A DNA stretch of 64,000 bases from Neodothiora populina (lineage: Eukaryota): positions 558,001 through 622,000 of the forward strand of contig NW_027191402.1 of NCBI RefSeq assembly GCF_041146345.1. The letters run 5' to 3'. The notes beneath the pieces were generated by a model. It ran no database searches, had not been told where the DNA came from, and saw only the letters and a list, made by a program, of their open reading frames with translations. Position numbers and translations under genes: made by a program. Shown here in pieces: positions 1 to 13,814 of this stretch. Position 1 is the stretch's first letter. Each line of letters opens with the position of its first letter.

Positions 1-3000
1 GGTCGGCTGTCTGTGAGGCCGCTGTAGCTCTTTGTCTGACGCAGATTGAAGGCCCGCGGGCTGTCGGGTCCATTACTCATCGAGTCCCTGCTGTTGTCGA
101 GATTGAGTTTCATTGGCGGCAGCGTGGTTTGGATCTCCTTGACCTCGATGCCTTCTTTTGCAATCTCGACCAACTCGGCGCGGATGGCGTCAATGTCGAA
201 GAGCACGCTCTTGTTTATATCGCCTCCGTTGTCACCCGGTGATTCGGCCTTGGATGCGGCCGCCTTTGCTTGCTGCTCGTCGTAGACCTCCCACGATTTG
301 CGCTCGGCGTTCTTCTTGCTTCGAGTGAACAACGCCTTGAGGCCCTTTCTCTCAGGCTTCTTTTCGAGTGCGCGTCGAGCCTCTTCGATCTCGTTGATCA
401 GCTCTCTTTGTCTCTCCTGGTGGTTCTCTGGGTCTGGGTCCTCGATTTCCGCAAAGTCGTCGCTGTCGACCATCCACCCGACCTCGCGCAGAAGTCGCGG
501 CATTGCCTTACGGTAGGCCATGTGTCCCGGAACCAGTTTTGTCACGTCGTAGTTCTCGATGCCTGGGATTTCGACTGGCGCTAGACCGGCGACACGCATG
601 ATGCCGCCTGATGTTGCTCGAAACAAATACCCAAGAATCCAGTCGTTGTGCGCGTAACCGTTGACGAAGCGACCAGGCACAACACTTTTGGCGCGCAAGT
701 ATTCATCTTTCTTCACTACCATCGGACTACCGAAAAGGTAAACATTCTGCACGAGACCGTAGGCGCCTCTTGCAGCAAGCTCTTTGAGACAAGTAAAAAT
801 AACTCTGGCTCCGATGGAGAATCCGACCAAGGTGATTGGACGTATGCCCAGGTTGCGGTCTATCAGAGAGTCTGCGAGGATGAGTCCGGCAGAGTCTGCG
901 CGCGCCAACGAAACAGACCACGGGTTATCGATTAAATAAGACAGTTTCGTCAGGACCAGAGGTAATTGCATGGCTGACATGAGCGCGATCAGGATAGTGC
1001 TACCAAGAATTTGTTGCAGGCCTTGCGTGAGTGCCTATTGCTGCTGGTCAGACGAATTCAGGAAAAGAGTTGTTAGACGACACACCTCTGTTGCTAGGAT
1101 GTTTATAGTGTCACCCATGCTTCTAAGCATCTCCGGCTCCCACCAGATACTGTACATGTCTCCCATGATAGGATCAACAGTACTGAATGGCAGTCGAACA
1201 TCATCGACTTTTCCTGTCATCCAGCCTGCGACTGTGACTATCAGGTTCACTCGCTTGTTGTTGAACAGTGGACGATACTCGAATGTCTTGACAGCGCCCA
1301 TTCTCCTGTTGCTAGCCCTAACTGCAATTGTGCCTCCCGCCAAAGCGCCGGTAGAGGTAATGATGGCAGCTCCTCCAGCACCAGCGAGGAAACCACTGGT
1401 ACCCGCAACGCCGATTGTCGTGAAGCCAGCGGCCAATCCAGCACCGATGACAGGCGCGAGAAGGCCTGCGCTGAGTCCGATGACAAGACCACCGCCCACT
1501 GTGGCAAGACCCATCATGACAAGTCTGCGGTTGCGGGCCGACTTCTTGCGCTGAGCCATGTGCTCGTCTTCATTCCAGTTTTCCTTGTCGGCAGCTTCTT
1601 GCATCTCGAGCGCGTCAGTGACACGCTTCTCGAAGCGGCAGATGTCAACCCAAGGGACGGAAAGATTGGATCCGACAAGTTCCAGCAGCGTCCGAGAGCG
1701 CGCATCGTAGACACTGTCTGCGATCAGAACAAGGAACAGATCGCAAAGGACGGTCCAACGAAGATCGAGGTCGATGTTCTTGTCGTGGGCAAGCTCTGAC
1801 GGATCTTTCAGCGTGAGATATTCGGGAGGGTTTTCTTCCTGGTAAGCAGGTGGAAGACCTGGAGTGCCAGGCTGGCTCGATTCTGCCGGGGATGCAAATC
1901 CTGAAGGCAAGTTGGGAGTAGATGGATGTGATGACTTTCCAGATGCAAGACCTGGCGTTCCTGGCAGGGACGAGGATGGCGCGCGTCTTTCGGACGTGGT
2001 TGAAGCTCGTGGTAAGGAGGTAACAGAGGCACCGGCTGAGTCTTGCTGTGCGACGGGATTCTTGACCCTGGCGTTCTGCATCAAAGTGGGCGTGAGATCG
2101 GAAGGTTCGACACCGTGCTCGGCCAGCTGCTCGATCATGATCTGCTCTGCTGCGTCGAGCTCCATGTGGCTGTACAAGCGGACCATCATCTTTTGACTCC
2201 ACATCTGCATGGCTTCGATGGCGGTCTCCAAGTATTTCTTTGCACCCTTGGTCTTTTCGAGTTTCTCGAGATCTTTGACCATGTGTATCATGGACAACCT
2301 CACGAGACCGACGTAGGCAATGCGCTGGCCCTCGGTCAGGAGATCCTTGGTAGCCTGCATCTGCGACAGAATGTCTCGTCCTTCGTCCTCGTCGATCAGA
2401 GTGTTTGGGGCAACATCAGACTTGAACAAGTAGGCGGTGTCTTCGTCCATGCTAGTAGCAGATTGAGCATCTTCGTCGAGCTGGACTTTGGTATAACCCT
2501 TGCCCGCGCCTCCGAGATGGCCATAAGCCGCCTCTTCCTCGTCTAGCTCGGCAATCTCCCTGGCAACGACCTTGCCCCAGTCGTCGTAGACGGTATGACT
2601 GGCGTAAGCGGGCATTTCCTGCCACTCGTCCTCGAGGCTTTGGTTGGGCTCCTCTTCGACTTTGCTGGTGGTCACGTGCTGGTGAGACCATTCCGACGGC
2701 CCTGCGTGGTGCGGGGCGTCGGACTGGCTCGCTATGACTGCTGTTTTGGCCTCGTCTTGGGCCGGGTGTTCTGCAACTGTCGTCGTATTGAGGAGAGCAC
2801 TTGGTACCGGGTTATCGAGCGGCGGGGCCGGCGGCGCAGCAGCATTTCCTGCGGCAGTAGATGTGAGTGGTGGTGTCGTGATAGGCGGCACTTCTGCCTC
2901 CACTACGGTTGCTTTTGGCGCATCTGCCTCTGGCATCTTTGCACCCTCCTCCTGGACTACCGCCTCCTTGACGTTGCCATTGTCATGCTCGGGCACATCT

Positions 3001-3216
3001 GCGATGGGTTTCTCCGACGTCTGTTCATGCTGTGGAGTCGCTACTGGGGAGTCCGATTCGGGGACTGGTGAGGGCGCATTCTCAGGTGAACTGCTCTCCA
3101 AATCCTCCAGCTCCTGGGTATAGGTGCGCCTCGCAAGCTTCCTGATGGGCAGTCCAAAGTCATCCAGTTCGTCGGCGGTCGCGGCGGGAGTCGTTGTTGT
3201 TATCGTCGAGTGCGTC

Positions 3217-3247
<31 letters not shown>

Positions 3248-3290
3248 TCGGCGGCGGCGCAGGCTCGGCATTGGAGTGTGCAGACCGCAG

Positions 3291-3339
<49 letters not shown>

Positions 3340-3377
3340 TTGATCCCCAACCCTTTGCCATCTTGGAGCATATTCAT
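1..3377 (-). CDS. MIL1: DUF726/TMCO4-family lipase-like protein, Mil1 homologue (3' end runs off the window)
   Basis: ORF 1035..3437, first ATG at 3377. Contains the WQEMP motif typical of Mil1 and a Gly/Ala-rich hydrophobic DUF726 segment. After a GT-AG intron at 1085-1035 the frame continues ALTQGLQQILG...RPITLVGFSIGARVIF (GxSxG nucleophile elbow). Confidence 0.85.
3219..3338. repeat. Coding microsatellites (TGC)9 and (AGGCTC)8, encoding poly-Ala and (Glu-Pro)n in the Mil1 N-terminus
   Basis: Direct reading: TGC run at about 3219-3245 and AGGCTC x8 at 3291-3338. An imperfect (CA)n follows at about 3402-3440. Confidence 0.95.
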
Positions 3378-4321
3378 GGGCCGAGCGGGCGGGCACAATT
3401 GACACACATACACAGACACAGACACACACACACACACACAAAGTCAGTTCACTTTGTGGGCTTGTTCACCATGTCTCCATGACACGGGTGCTCTTAGCGC
3501 ATTTCTCCTCTTGTGTCCAATTTTCTCGAGTTTTGCGCAATTGGTTATTTTTTAATCAATGTTTCCGGACTGCGAAAAGGGAGTGATAGAGTATAGAGTG
3601 TATGCAAAGGTGCTGTCAATTAGCATCAGCAGAGTGGGTCGGCGCAGTCGGTGGTCGGCGGTCATGCAATAAATGAATCGATACCTGGAGACTACCTTAC
3701 GGTGACTAACTGCGTTGAGGTAAGGCAGAGGCAAGGTACCCTTGAAAACGCATGCGGGCGCGGGAATGAGCACATCCGCATCTCTCTCAACTTCGACTCG
3801 AACTGACCAATAATGAGTGCAGCCCAGTACGAGAAACGGTAGATGTCGGCACAGCTCCTGTCCCATTTTCATGGCGCCATTGTCTTACAGTAACGGCCTC
3901 TTCAGTTCTCTTTGAGAATCCTCTCCCCTCTTCTGAGTCATTCTTTCCAGAAACTTTCTGTGTTCGGTCTCCGTACTCCGTACAGAGGTGCTTTACCCCA
4001 TATTCTGCTCGGGGCTTGGCGGGCTTTATGGCCGGGCGTTCGTTCTTTCTTTCTGATCTCCGACTTTTTTTTGCTGAGCCGCTGTTGGATTTATTTATAT
4101 GTTTTGATATTCAAAGATACACTTTGTGTTGCGTCTTAGCAAGCATCCCTCAGACTGCCCACGGGACCACTATATAACCCTCGACAAGCGAATCTTTGGC
4201 GGCTTACCTCGACTTACTGCCAGCCTCCCTCGAGCTCTTTCGGGGATCGAACACTGCAGCAGAGTAAACACGTGAACTCGGCGACCATACCCATCAACGC
4301 GAATCTACCTCCTCAACAGCC

Positions 4322-5363
4322 ATGCGCGGAAAGCGCTCCAAGCAGTATCGCAAGCTGATGCACCAGTATCAGCTGGCATTCAACTTCCGCGAGCCCTACC
4401 AGGTCCTCGTCGACGCCCAGATCGTGCAGGATGCGGCGCGCTTCAGCATGCCTCTTGCACCGGCGCTGGAGAGGACGATACAGGGAAAAGTCAAGCCCAG
4501 TATGTTTTGTTTTATTCATCTACTACCGCGCATGTTTTTCTGACCTCTGTCATAAAGTGATCACGCAATGCTCGATGCGCCATCTCTACACAGCCCAGGG
4601 CCTCGACCAAGCAGTCAAGAACGCCTGCATCGACACGGCCAAGACCTTCGAGCGCCGTCGCTGCAACCACCACACCCTCGAGGAGCCCCTGTCTGCGCTG
4701 GAATGCATCTCCTCCGTCGTCGATCCCAAGTCCAGCGCCACGAACAAACACCGATACGTCGTCGCCAGTCAGGACCGGGCAGTCAGGGCCAGGATGCGCG
4801 CCATCCCCGGTGTGCCCCTCATATACATCAACAGGAGCGTCATGATCATGGAGCCCATGAGCAGCAAGACTGAGCATGTACGAGATGCTGAAGAGCGGGG
4901 CAAAGTGCGAGCTGGTCTGAAAGGTGGTCGTGGCCCCTCATCCAGTGCACCGGCATTGAAGCGAAAGAGATCCGACGATGACGACGAGCAAGATGGCGGG
5001 AGCGATGACGGCCGGAAAGACGGCGCTGATACTCCCGCTGGACAGGAGCCCATGTCGAAGAAGAAGAGGAAGGGTCCAAAGGGTCCTAACCCCCTCAGTG
5101 TGAGGAAGTCGAAGAAGACCACCGAGGCAGCGACCAAGTCCGAGGAACAAAAGGCCGTTGCAAAGGCCACAAAGAAAGACCCCCAGGCAGCCGAAAAGGC
5201 CTTGAGCGCAGGCTCGGGGACAGATGCAGTCTCTCAGCCCTCATCAGATCAGCCGGAAAAGAGACCGCGACGGAGAAAGCACAAGTCGGCGGCCGCGGCG
5301 GATAATGCTACACATGGTGACGCGGAGGTGGCCGCCAACACAGCGCTGGTCGCTGAGGCGTAA
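4322..5363 (+). CDS. UTP23: rRNA-processing protein Utp23 (Fcf1/PIN family, SSU processome)
   Basis: Starts MRGKRSKQYRKLM...FREPYQVLVD. Intron 4500-4557 (GTATGT...AAG) joins KP/MITQCSMRHLY. Also ERRRCNH, YVVASQD, IPGVPLIY and the C-terminal KGPKGPNPLSVRK motif. Confidence 0.95.
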
Positions 5364-5543
5364 CACCTGGGACTCTTCCCCTGACTTTACACCCTGTGCG
5401 CACCCGTTAGATATCATTCTCAGCAACAGCAACTGCAGCTGCAGAAACAGCTACTTGTACCAACCTTGTTCTCTATCTCTATATGAACCCATCCCTTCCC
5501 GTCTTCCTACACGTGAAAATCATCCATGGTCCCTCTCATTGCA

Positions 5544-6798
5544 TCAAACCTTTTTGCCCTGAGCAATGAGATCCGAAACCTTGGGTGGCAGAACCATTGC
5601 ACTCCGATCGTTGCGCTTGAAGAACTCGATCATGAGATGTGCCGTCTTCTCCGGAACATCCTCTTGTATAAAGTGACCAGCCTCAGGGATGACCGTCAAC
5701 TGGAATTTGCCTTTCGTCATCGTGAGCAAGTTTTCTCGGTTTCACAAATCCGCGAAGTCACATACCTTGCATCTGACCAACCATCAACTCCTTATCCAAC
5801 CGATCAGTACCAGCAAGCAACAGATCCTTGGCCGCTCTACCCCTTAGAAACCGACCGCTCATGCCCGAGAACCATCCCTCCCAATAACTCTGCGTGCGCA
5901 ACAAATCCGTCTTCCACCCCCACCGATCGCCACACCTGACCAGCAGACTCGGCACACTGGCTCTGGCACTGTGCGCGTTCCGAAGCGTGCGACTGCGCGT
6001 ATGCCACTCGATAGCCGCCTCGACGGTCGCGAACGACGACGGCCGAGACGCGAGATACGTCTTCATGTGCAATAAGGCCTCCATGGCCGAGCCCTCGACG
6101 ATATCCAAGACCGCGAACCCGACCAATTGAGCTCCGAGACTTCCTCCAGCCGCAACGTGAGTCGCCACCGCGCCACCCAGACTATGGCCCACGAACACCG
6201 AGGGCGGAAGCTTCGCCCATCCCATCTTCTCGCACAGCAGTCTAATCATAGTGAGCGCATCCCGCACGAGCGTCTCAATACTGAAATCCACCGCCTCCTC
6301 AGCGCTGCTCCCATCACTACCTGCAGAAGTCACGACCGAAGACCCATGATCGCGCGCCTCAAGACTGCACACTCCAGCGCCAGGCATAGCCCTCCTGACC
6401 GCAGCTGCGAAAAGCGCAAAACTCATCCCCGAGGCGCCGGCGCCGTGATGGCAGATAAACAGCGGGCCTTTGGCCGCGTCCGCCGGCGGAGTCAGATAGA
6501 CGTGGAACAGCGCGTTTTCGCTCTCCGTCTTGCTCTCTAGCCATAGCTCGCTGGCGAAATACTCACTCCATGGACTAGGGGGCTGCTGCTGGCTTTGGTC
6601 CTTGAGCTCTGACGTCGTCGTCGACGACGGCCGCAGCGTGTTCACTGAGTCGGACGTTGACACCGACGAGTCTGAGGATGAGCCTGCGTCTTCGTTGGCC
6701 GTTGTCAGTGGCATTGCTGAGGGTCGGGTCTGGCTTGTTGCTGCTTGTTGTTGCGTGGGGTTTTTGATTTTGGGCAGGGCTTTTAGCAAGTCCGACAT
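5544..6798 (-). CDS. PPE1: Protein phosphatase methylesterase 1 (PME-1)
   Basis: ATG at 6798. Motifs HHGAGASGMSFA, GHSLGG, LDIVEGSAMEAL, LLLAGTDRLDKELMVGQMQG. Intron 5765-5711 joins to KFQLTVIPEAGHFIQED. Confidence 0.95.
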
Positions 6799-7414
6799 TT
6801 TTTGTGGCTTTCTTGGATTTTTTTTTTTGGATTTTGTGTTGCAATTGCTTGTTCTGGTAGACGGTTTTGGCGGTAGTGTCGATATGGAGTGGATTTTATT
6901 GGTACAGTACAACTTTCTTGATGTCTACCTACCTTAGGCATTGATCTGTAGGTACAGTAAGGTATGATGGTAGGTGAGGCGTGATATCACAGTGCACGGA
7001 CGCTCAGATATCATGAAACGCTGCCCGTAAGCACTCGGCTGGCTGGCTTGTACAGCTGAATGAATGCTCGGGTCAGCTAAGACGATGCGCTGTGATTTGA
7101 TGAATGCAATGTTATCATACTTACAGATCTGACGCTTTGTCCAATCTTGAGGTGATGGCCATTGCCATCGTCTACAAATCTCGCGGGTCTCCTCTGATGA
7201 TGGCGTGGTCCATATACGAAAAGCAAAGAAAAGTCACAAGTTACGGAATCACGAACAGTAATATGTTCACTCGGGACTATCACTTTGCGATATAGAAACG
7301 GGAATGGCATGGCCTGTTGCACCGACACAGAGAATTCTCCTGTCTGTCTCTGTCTTTTTGATTCCATACTGTATAAACGCCTTGGCTACCCAATATTCCC
7401 TACAACAACCCGCG

Positions 7415-10031
7415 CTACCTCTTTCCTTGCCGCATGCGCTTCTCACGCTCATACACCTTGGCCTCATGGCCCTCCTCTCCCTGGATCTCAGCGACGAGCT
7501 TGCGGTATTTGCGCTCGTACTCTGCATCCTTCTCCTTCTTCTCGCGAAGCTGTTCACGCGAGATGAAGTTGGCGTCCTTGCGCAGCTCACGCATTGCTCC
7601 TTTGCGCTCACGCTTGTACTCGGCGCGTAGCTTGGACGCGTCCGCACGCTCTCTGTCGGGATCGTAGTGCTTGTCGGGATTGAACGACTCCTCGAACTTG
7701 GGCACGCTTGTTCGGATGGGCAAGGGCCGGTGGTGATGCAGTTCGAGAGGGCGTCTGTGCAGACGAGCCTGTTGTATCAAGATCTTGAGGTGTTGGGTCG
7801 CCTTCTTTTGTCCCTTGAGGTTTTTGAGAGCGGTGAAGGCGGCCGGAGTGAAGATTTCACAGAAACTTGATTTCTCCCGCCACAGTTCAGCCATTGCTAG
7901 TAGGTTGTTGACGTGAGGTCCGATCTGGGAAATCTCGGATTGCGACTGCTGAAGTGCTTTTGTGGTGAAGCGAACAGCTTCCGGAATATAGCGCTTTGAC
8001 AGCTTTTGGTACTGTATGCAGAGTGACACTATGAATGCGCCGGTCACCATGGTGGTGGCTGAAGTCGGAGAGTTCATCTCGAGCCACTTTGCCATTTCGG
8101 TGATAGCAGGTGTCACAACCTGGTGGAAGTGATCTGACGTTGGGTAGATCGAGCTGATGGCCATCAGAATTGTAAGATCGCCAGCTGATGGCTGTCCTCT
8201 CTGGTGGAAGGCGGAAAGATGAGCACGGAAAGCCGTCGCTATTCTCTCAGGGTATGTTCGCGATAGCGAATGTATATGACGGATGAGTGTCTCAATGACG
8301 CGAAGCGGTTGCTTCTCCTTGGACATGTACGAGATGTGGTCCACCAGTGCGACTGAGAAGTCGGAGAGCTTTTCCTTGTTGTCTGCTGACAGCGAGGGAT
8401 GATACAATGCTCTGATGCGCTGAACGATCGTGGGAACCTCTGCCGGGGTGACATTGCTGATGGTCTGCAAGAAGTCGGCATGCGTTCTTGGACACTCATA
8501 GGTATACGCGAGGGTAGCAGGGGCCTGGACAGGCTTAGATTTGGCTTCGGCCTTCTCCTTGGTACTTCCAAGAATGCCTCGCACGAACTCGTCCTCCTCT
8601 TCCTCGTCTCTGCGATCTTCGGGTCCCTCCTCGCCTTCGGACTCATCTCCCTCGCTCATATCGCTGATGTCGGCATCAGAATCACTAGCGACAAGGTCAT
8701 CGTCGACGATGAATTCGTCTTCGTCGTCCAGAACAAGCTGTTCGGGCTTGGTCATTGAAACAGTTCCCGGTAGGCCGAACTCTGCAGCATCGTCCTGCAT
8801 GTCTTCATCGTCGCCCGTAGCATCGACGGGGGCAGTCTTTTGAGGCGCCGGCTCGTCTTCATCGTCAGACACCTCTTCACCTTGCATACGGCGACGTCGC
8901 TTGTCTTCGAGCTCTTTGAGACGCTGGGCTTCTTCGGCAGCAATCTCCTCGGCGGTCTTGGTGCGGTCGGTGGGAGCAGCACGTTTGTCCAAAGCCAGCT
9001 GGCGCAATCGCTGATCGTACTCTCTATCCGCCTCCTCTCTCGCTTTTCCATTCAACAAAGCTAGACGATCCGGGTTCATTGCTGCCTCTCCACCAGCCGC
9101 CTCGGCTTCCTTCTGCTTGGGTGGCGGCTTATGACCATTGAGCAAGGCAAGCATCTCGGCCATGCCTTTGTCCAGCTCTTCTCGAAGATCGTCGTCATCT
9201 TCTTTGGCCTTTTGTCGCTCGTATTTGTACAGTTTGGACTTGGCCATGACTTCCTTCATGACTTCGGCTTTCGTCTTCTTCCTTGCTGGCTGATCGTCGT
9301 CACCGCCTTCTGGCGCATCCAGATCGTAGTCGACATCGCCCTCATCATCCGAGTCCTGGGCAGACGAACGGCGTCTTTTCAGGGTTCGAGGCTCGTCGTC
9401 AGAATGCTCGGACAAGGAGTTCTCCTCGAAGTCGTCTTTCGCGGCAGGAGCGCCTGTAAAGTCCATCGGACGACCCATGTGAGTAAGTGCCACTTCCTCA
9501 TCATCGGCATCCTCCAGATCGAACAAGGAACCGGTTTTGCTGCGTTGCTTCTCGCGGGTGAAGCGCTGTAAGGCTCGCTCCTCGGGGGTCATGGTCGGGT
9601 CGTTTTCTCCGATACGACGATCGATGATGCCGCCGGTCTTGTTGCGTCGCTGGAGTTCAGGTAGTAACGTTGCTCTTCTCTGTATGCTCTGATCAGTACC
9701 ATGCTACACACGAGAAAGGTCATTTGACGGCGATTCGTACCGCTTCCTCGCCCAAACTCTTGGTGACACCAGGTCTTCCAGCTGCCGGCTTTGAGGATTT
9801 GCCCCTCATAGAGTCTCTGGTGGTGGATTCGAATTTGGAAGGTCTGCTGGGAGCTTTGATCTCGAAGGGATTGAACGAGTCGCGGATGTTCTGCAGAGCA
9901 GCGGCGCGCTGAACCCGCTGGTCGGCATTGTGACCTCTGCCTTGCTTCTTTTCTTTCTTTGACTTCTGAGGTCCTGTGATGCCCTGCTCGCGCAGAGACG
10001 CCTTGAGTCTCTTTAGCTGAGACGGCGGCAT
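7415..10031 (-). CDS. NOP14: Nucleolar complex protein Nop14 (40S biogenesis)
   Basis: Starts MPPSQLKRLK, then FNPFE. Intron 9740-9680 joins to RRATLLPEL...IDRRIGENDPTMTPEER. Also EVMAKSK, YPTSDHFHQVVTPA and ERKGAMRELRKDANF. Confidence 0.95.
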
Positions 10032-10537
10032 GTTCGTTGATGGATGAAGACGTGGTGATATTACAAGGCACACAATTCTCAGTTCGAGGTAACTTTTGTA
10101 AAGTTTATCAAAGATTCTGACTTTTTGGCTGTGCCTGTCTGGGCTCACCGCCTTCGGAGGAGAGCGACTTCCCCCGCAAATCACACCTGCCTTTTATCCA
10201 TACCGTAAGGTACCAATTATTACTCCACGGATATAGTAGATTATCTGTTCATTCATCAGACTATGAGATATAATGAATTGAATGTGTAGAATCGCGCACT
10301 AGGAACTATCACGATAGATATCAAGCCCGGCAATCCTCCAAGGCGTATAGTAACCGTCTCGAAACATGCAATAAACCAATAAAACAAAGTGGACTACGGA
10401 CCGCAAGATCATGTGTGATATACAGTATTTCGAACATCCGCCGATTATTAGTAACAGATCAACACTGCCTTAGAATCGACCACTCGCATTGAACTATTCG
10501 CAAACTACCTTATTCGGCTTGTGTCGTAGAATGTGCT

Positions 10538-11708
10538 ATGGCCTGGAACCTCGATGATCGATGGCTCTGGTTGGGTCTCGGTAAGTTGTTAAGATATGCG
10601 ATCCGCCACCTCGAACTGACAGTATTTTGTCGACGGAGTACACGATTCACTGATATACATTACTCATCTCAGGCGCACTCACCTTTGTTGCAGTCAAAGG
10701 CATCGCATATGGCCTGCAAGATACACTGAAGCTTGTCGAGCTGCCCGAACCAGCAAATGAAACGTCAAATGAAAACAGTGCTGAGGATTGTGAGATGCCC
10801 GTACTACCACCATATTGAGTGTCTCTTTTGTCTCTAACACTCGAGTAATCAGCCATCAGTCTCGAGTCTCTGCGCACACTAGCTGCCTCTCCAAATCCAG
10901 ACATAGCGAACGCGTATGTATCATCTTTTCATGTTTCTCTTTGCTCCAAGCCTTACTGACAGCGCAATTCAGCGCAATCTCACTTCTAGTCTCCCGCTTC
11001 GCATCATCCGACACCGCATGCGACAAACTAACCTTAGAAATCTTCTCCTCATCGTCCGAGACCCGCAGTCGCGCAAAGCAAATGCTCGACATCCTAGACA
11101 ACTACCCCTTACCAACCGACTTCCCCAAACCGGATGTCCTGCGCGTGGAGCGCGTGCGAGAGTACCAAGAATCCCACCGCACCAACGAGCGCGTACATCG
11201 CATGTGCATGGCCTTTTACAAAGCCATGAACCAGCTGCAGCACGGCTCGGACAGCCACAGAGAAGTCGCCGAAGCCGTCGAGAAGGCCCTGCTTGGCCTC
11301 GACGTGGCCCATCGGCGAGGAATGATGACTACTACCACGACCGCTCGCTGGCATGGCGGCGGTGGCGGCGGCGGTGTTGGAGCCCACGACGATGACGACG
11401 ACCAAGACGACGACCAAGACGACGACCCCTTCAGCGGCCTCTACCACAGCGTCGAATCGCTAGACGAGATCCTCGCGCGCGCCGGATCGTCTTCTCACCC
11501 GATTCGTCTGCCTACCGCTGCTCTATCAGCTCTTCTCCACGAGCATTCTGACAGCGAGCTTTCTAATCCCTCGCTTGTTCGCAGCGATCGGTCTGTCATG
11601 ACGGCGGCAACGGCGACGGAAGAGAGCCCCGAGGAGGCCGAGATGCGTAGACGAAGGAACCGTGCGGCGAGGGTCATGGAGATTGCCGAGGATTATATTA
11701 TTGTGTAG
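10538..11708 (+). CDS. Uncharacterised fungal protein with an N-terminal hydrophobic anchor (resembles the family often labelled 'cytoskeleton-associated protein')
   Basis: Exons 10538-10580, 10673-10789, 10853-10913 and 10973-11708 join in frame through three GT-AG introns: MAWNLDDRWLWLGLGALTFVAVKG...EDSISLESLRTLAASPNPDIANAAISLL...EESPEEAEMRRRR. The family label is from recall. Confidence 0.7.
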
Positions 11709-12083
11709 CTGGCTGGTTGTGCAGGTCAAAAGGTGGTTGGTTCATGAGCTCGAGAGTGAAGCTCGAGGAACAGGCACGATGGGCGAGAAATGAAACATTA
11801 CTGTCGTTGCGACCGATGCCGAGATATTATACTAGCTAGAGTACGAAGAAGCAGAGACATTTCCTAGAGATACCAAAGAAGAAAAAAACCCCGCTACGAC
11901 TATTTGAAATCTGTTTGCTATATTGTATACCGTCAACCAGACCGTCGCTGTACAGACGCCAGCCGTGCCAAACCTACCTTATGCAAGCCCACCAGCCCAC
12001 ATTCTCCAATCCCCCAATCACGCATAGCCCGTTCGTCGAGTCGTTGCTATTGGTCAGATTGTGTCTTCAAAACAAACATCGAA

Positions 12084-13814
12084 TTACTCGATGGTCCCAG
12101 TCTCATATCCTTTGTATCCAGACTTGAAGATCTCGCCAAGGCGCTTCTCCATGACCTGTCTGCCATCAAACGTCTTCCATACCTCGTGCGGCGCCTTGTT
12201 GACGACGTCCCAGCTGATGAGGTTATCCGTGAGGTGGCTCAAGTCTTCTTGCTTGCGGTTCCATTCGCTGTCCCTTCGTACAGAAATCCCGCTGCTGACA
12301 ATGACCAGAGGAACGTCCGGGCTCTGGATCGTCCGAGCACTGACGACTTCGTTCTTCGTCAAGGAGTCCGCGACCAGGTTTTCTTGGAGCTGCGACTTGA
12401 TGAACTTGCCTCCCTGGTAAGCTGATCTGCCGTACACGCGGTCCTCGCGCGTGCGTCCGTTGAACAATGCTCCTAGTACCCGCTGGATACCGAGCGGAGA
12501 AATGACACCCCAGGCCCAGAGGACGATGCCGCGCCCGGGGCTGCCGATACGGTGCAAGAGGTCTTCGTGGAGAGGATCAACCATCATGATTCCAGCAATA
12601 TTGCGGACATGTCTTGCGGAGAAGATGCGCGACACAATAGAGCCGTATCCAGCAGAGACCAGAATCCAAGGACCCTCCTCTCCAGCAATCGCAAGAGCTT
12701 CCGACAGAGCGTCGGCAGACATGCCTGCACTGTGAGGGCTAGGGGCACTGTCTGACCAGCCATATCCGGGTCTGTCCCAGATGCACCAACGGCCAGGAAT
12801 GGTACCATTCTGCCATGCGGCCCAACCCCAGTGTTCCAGGTCGAATTCTGGAGGACCCTCTCCGCCTTCCAACATGACTGTAGGAACCCTGGAGCCCTGC
12901 GAATCCGTAGTAGCATTACCGAAGCAAGCCAGGTGCACTTGATATTTGTCGCCGTCAACGTAGTAACGCGCTCCTTCCATCTCCAAGGTGCTGTCTCGGG
13001 CTCGAAGGACGAGAGTGGCAGTCATGAAGATGGTGATGACAATGTAGACGATGAGGATCAGGGTCGCGGTAAAGACGGCAAGCCATTCACGGAGCGTGCG
13101 TCGAGTCTCTGGTCGACCAGTCAAGCGCTCTTCCTCTTCACGTTTGCCATAGGCCACGACCCTGTCCGTGAGCACGCACCAGATTCCGATGAGCGCGGCC
13201 CAGACCACTGACGCGATTCCAGGCCAGCCTTCCTCTACTCTGAGTCGAGGAACGGCGAGAATGAGGATCATGTCGACGACGAGGACAACGCTTGTAATTG
13301 CAATGGCGACTTGCATGGCCCTCGACGGGGCCGAGAAGAACAGAAGCGCCACCAACAGCAGTCCGATCGTCAAAGATGTGTAGGAAAAGTCAAAGAAGCC
13401 GGAGCCACGAGTGTGCAGCCCGGGTGGTGAGACGAAGATGCTGACCAGCAATAAGACCCACCACAGGAAGGTAATGACAAGGAAAAGGACAGTAAGATAA
13501 CGGGCAAATCGGACAAACCACAAGTTGTAGGCACTGACACTATTGCGACATGGTTAGCAAATGAAATAAGCGGGCGTGATGGAGAGTTTGTGCTGGACAT
13601 ACGCGGGATCATCAGGATCCAGATAACCATCAGAGTGAGGTGGACGAGGCTGAGAAGGGAGAAGGCGAGTTCTCTCGTCTGCCTCTCTTCTTTCATACTC
13701 TCTCCGCGACGGCGGGGTTCTGCTATCTCCCTCACTGTTTCTAGGCGTCGTGACATCTTCCTCACCACCAACTTCCTCATCGTCGTCCTTCTTCGATCCC
13801 CATAGAGACACCAT
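12084..13814 (-). CDS. Multi-pass integral membrane protein with a C-terminal alpha/beta-hydrolase domain
   Basis: ATG at 13814 (MVSLWGSK). Intron 13602-13540 joins YLDPDDPA/VSAYNLW. About 5 hydrophobic helices, then WDRPGYGWSD, GPWILVSAGYG and APHEVW. Confidence 0.85.
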
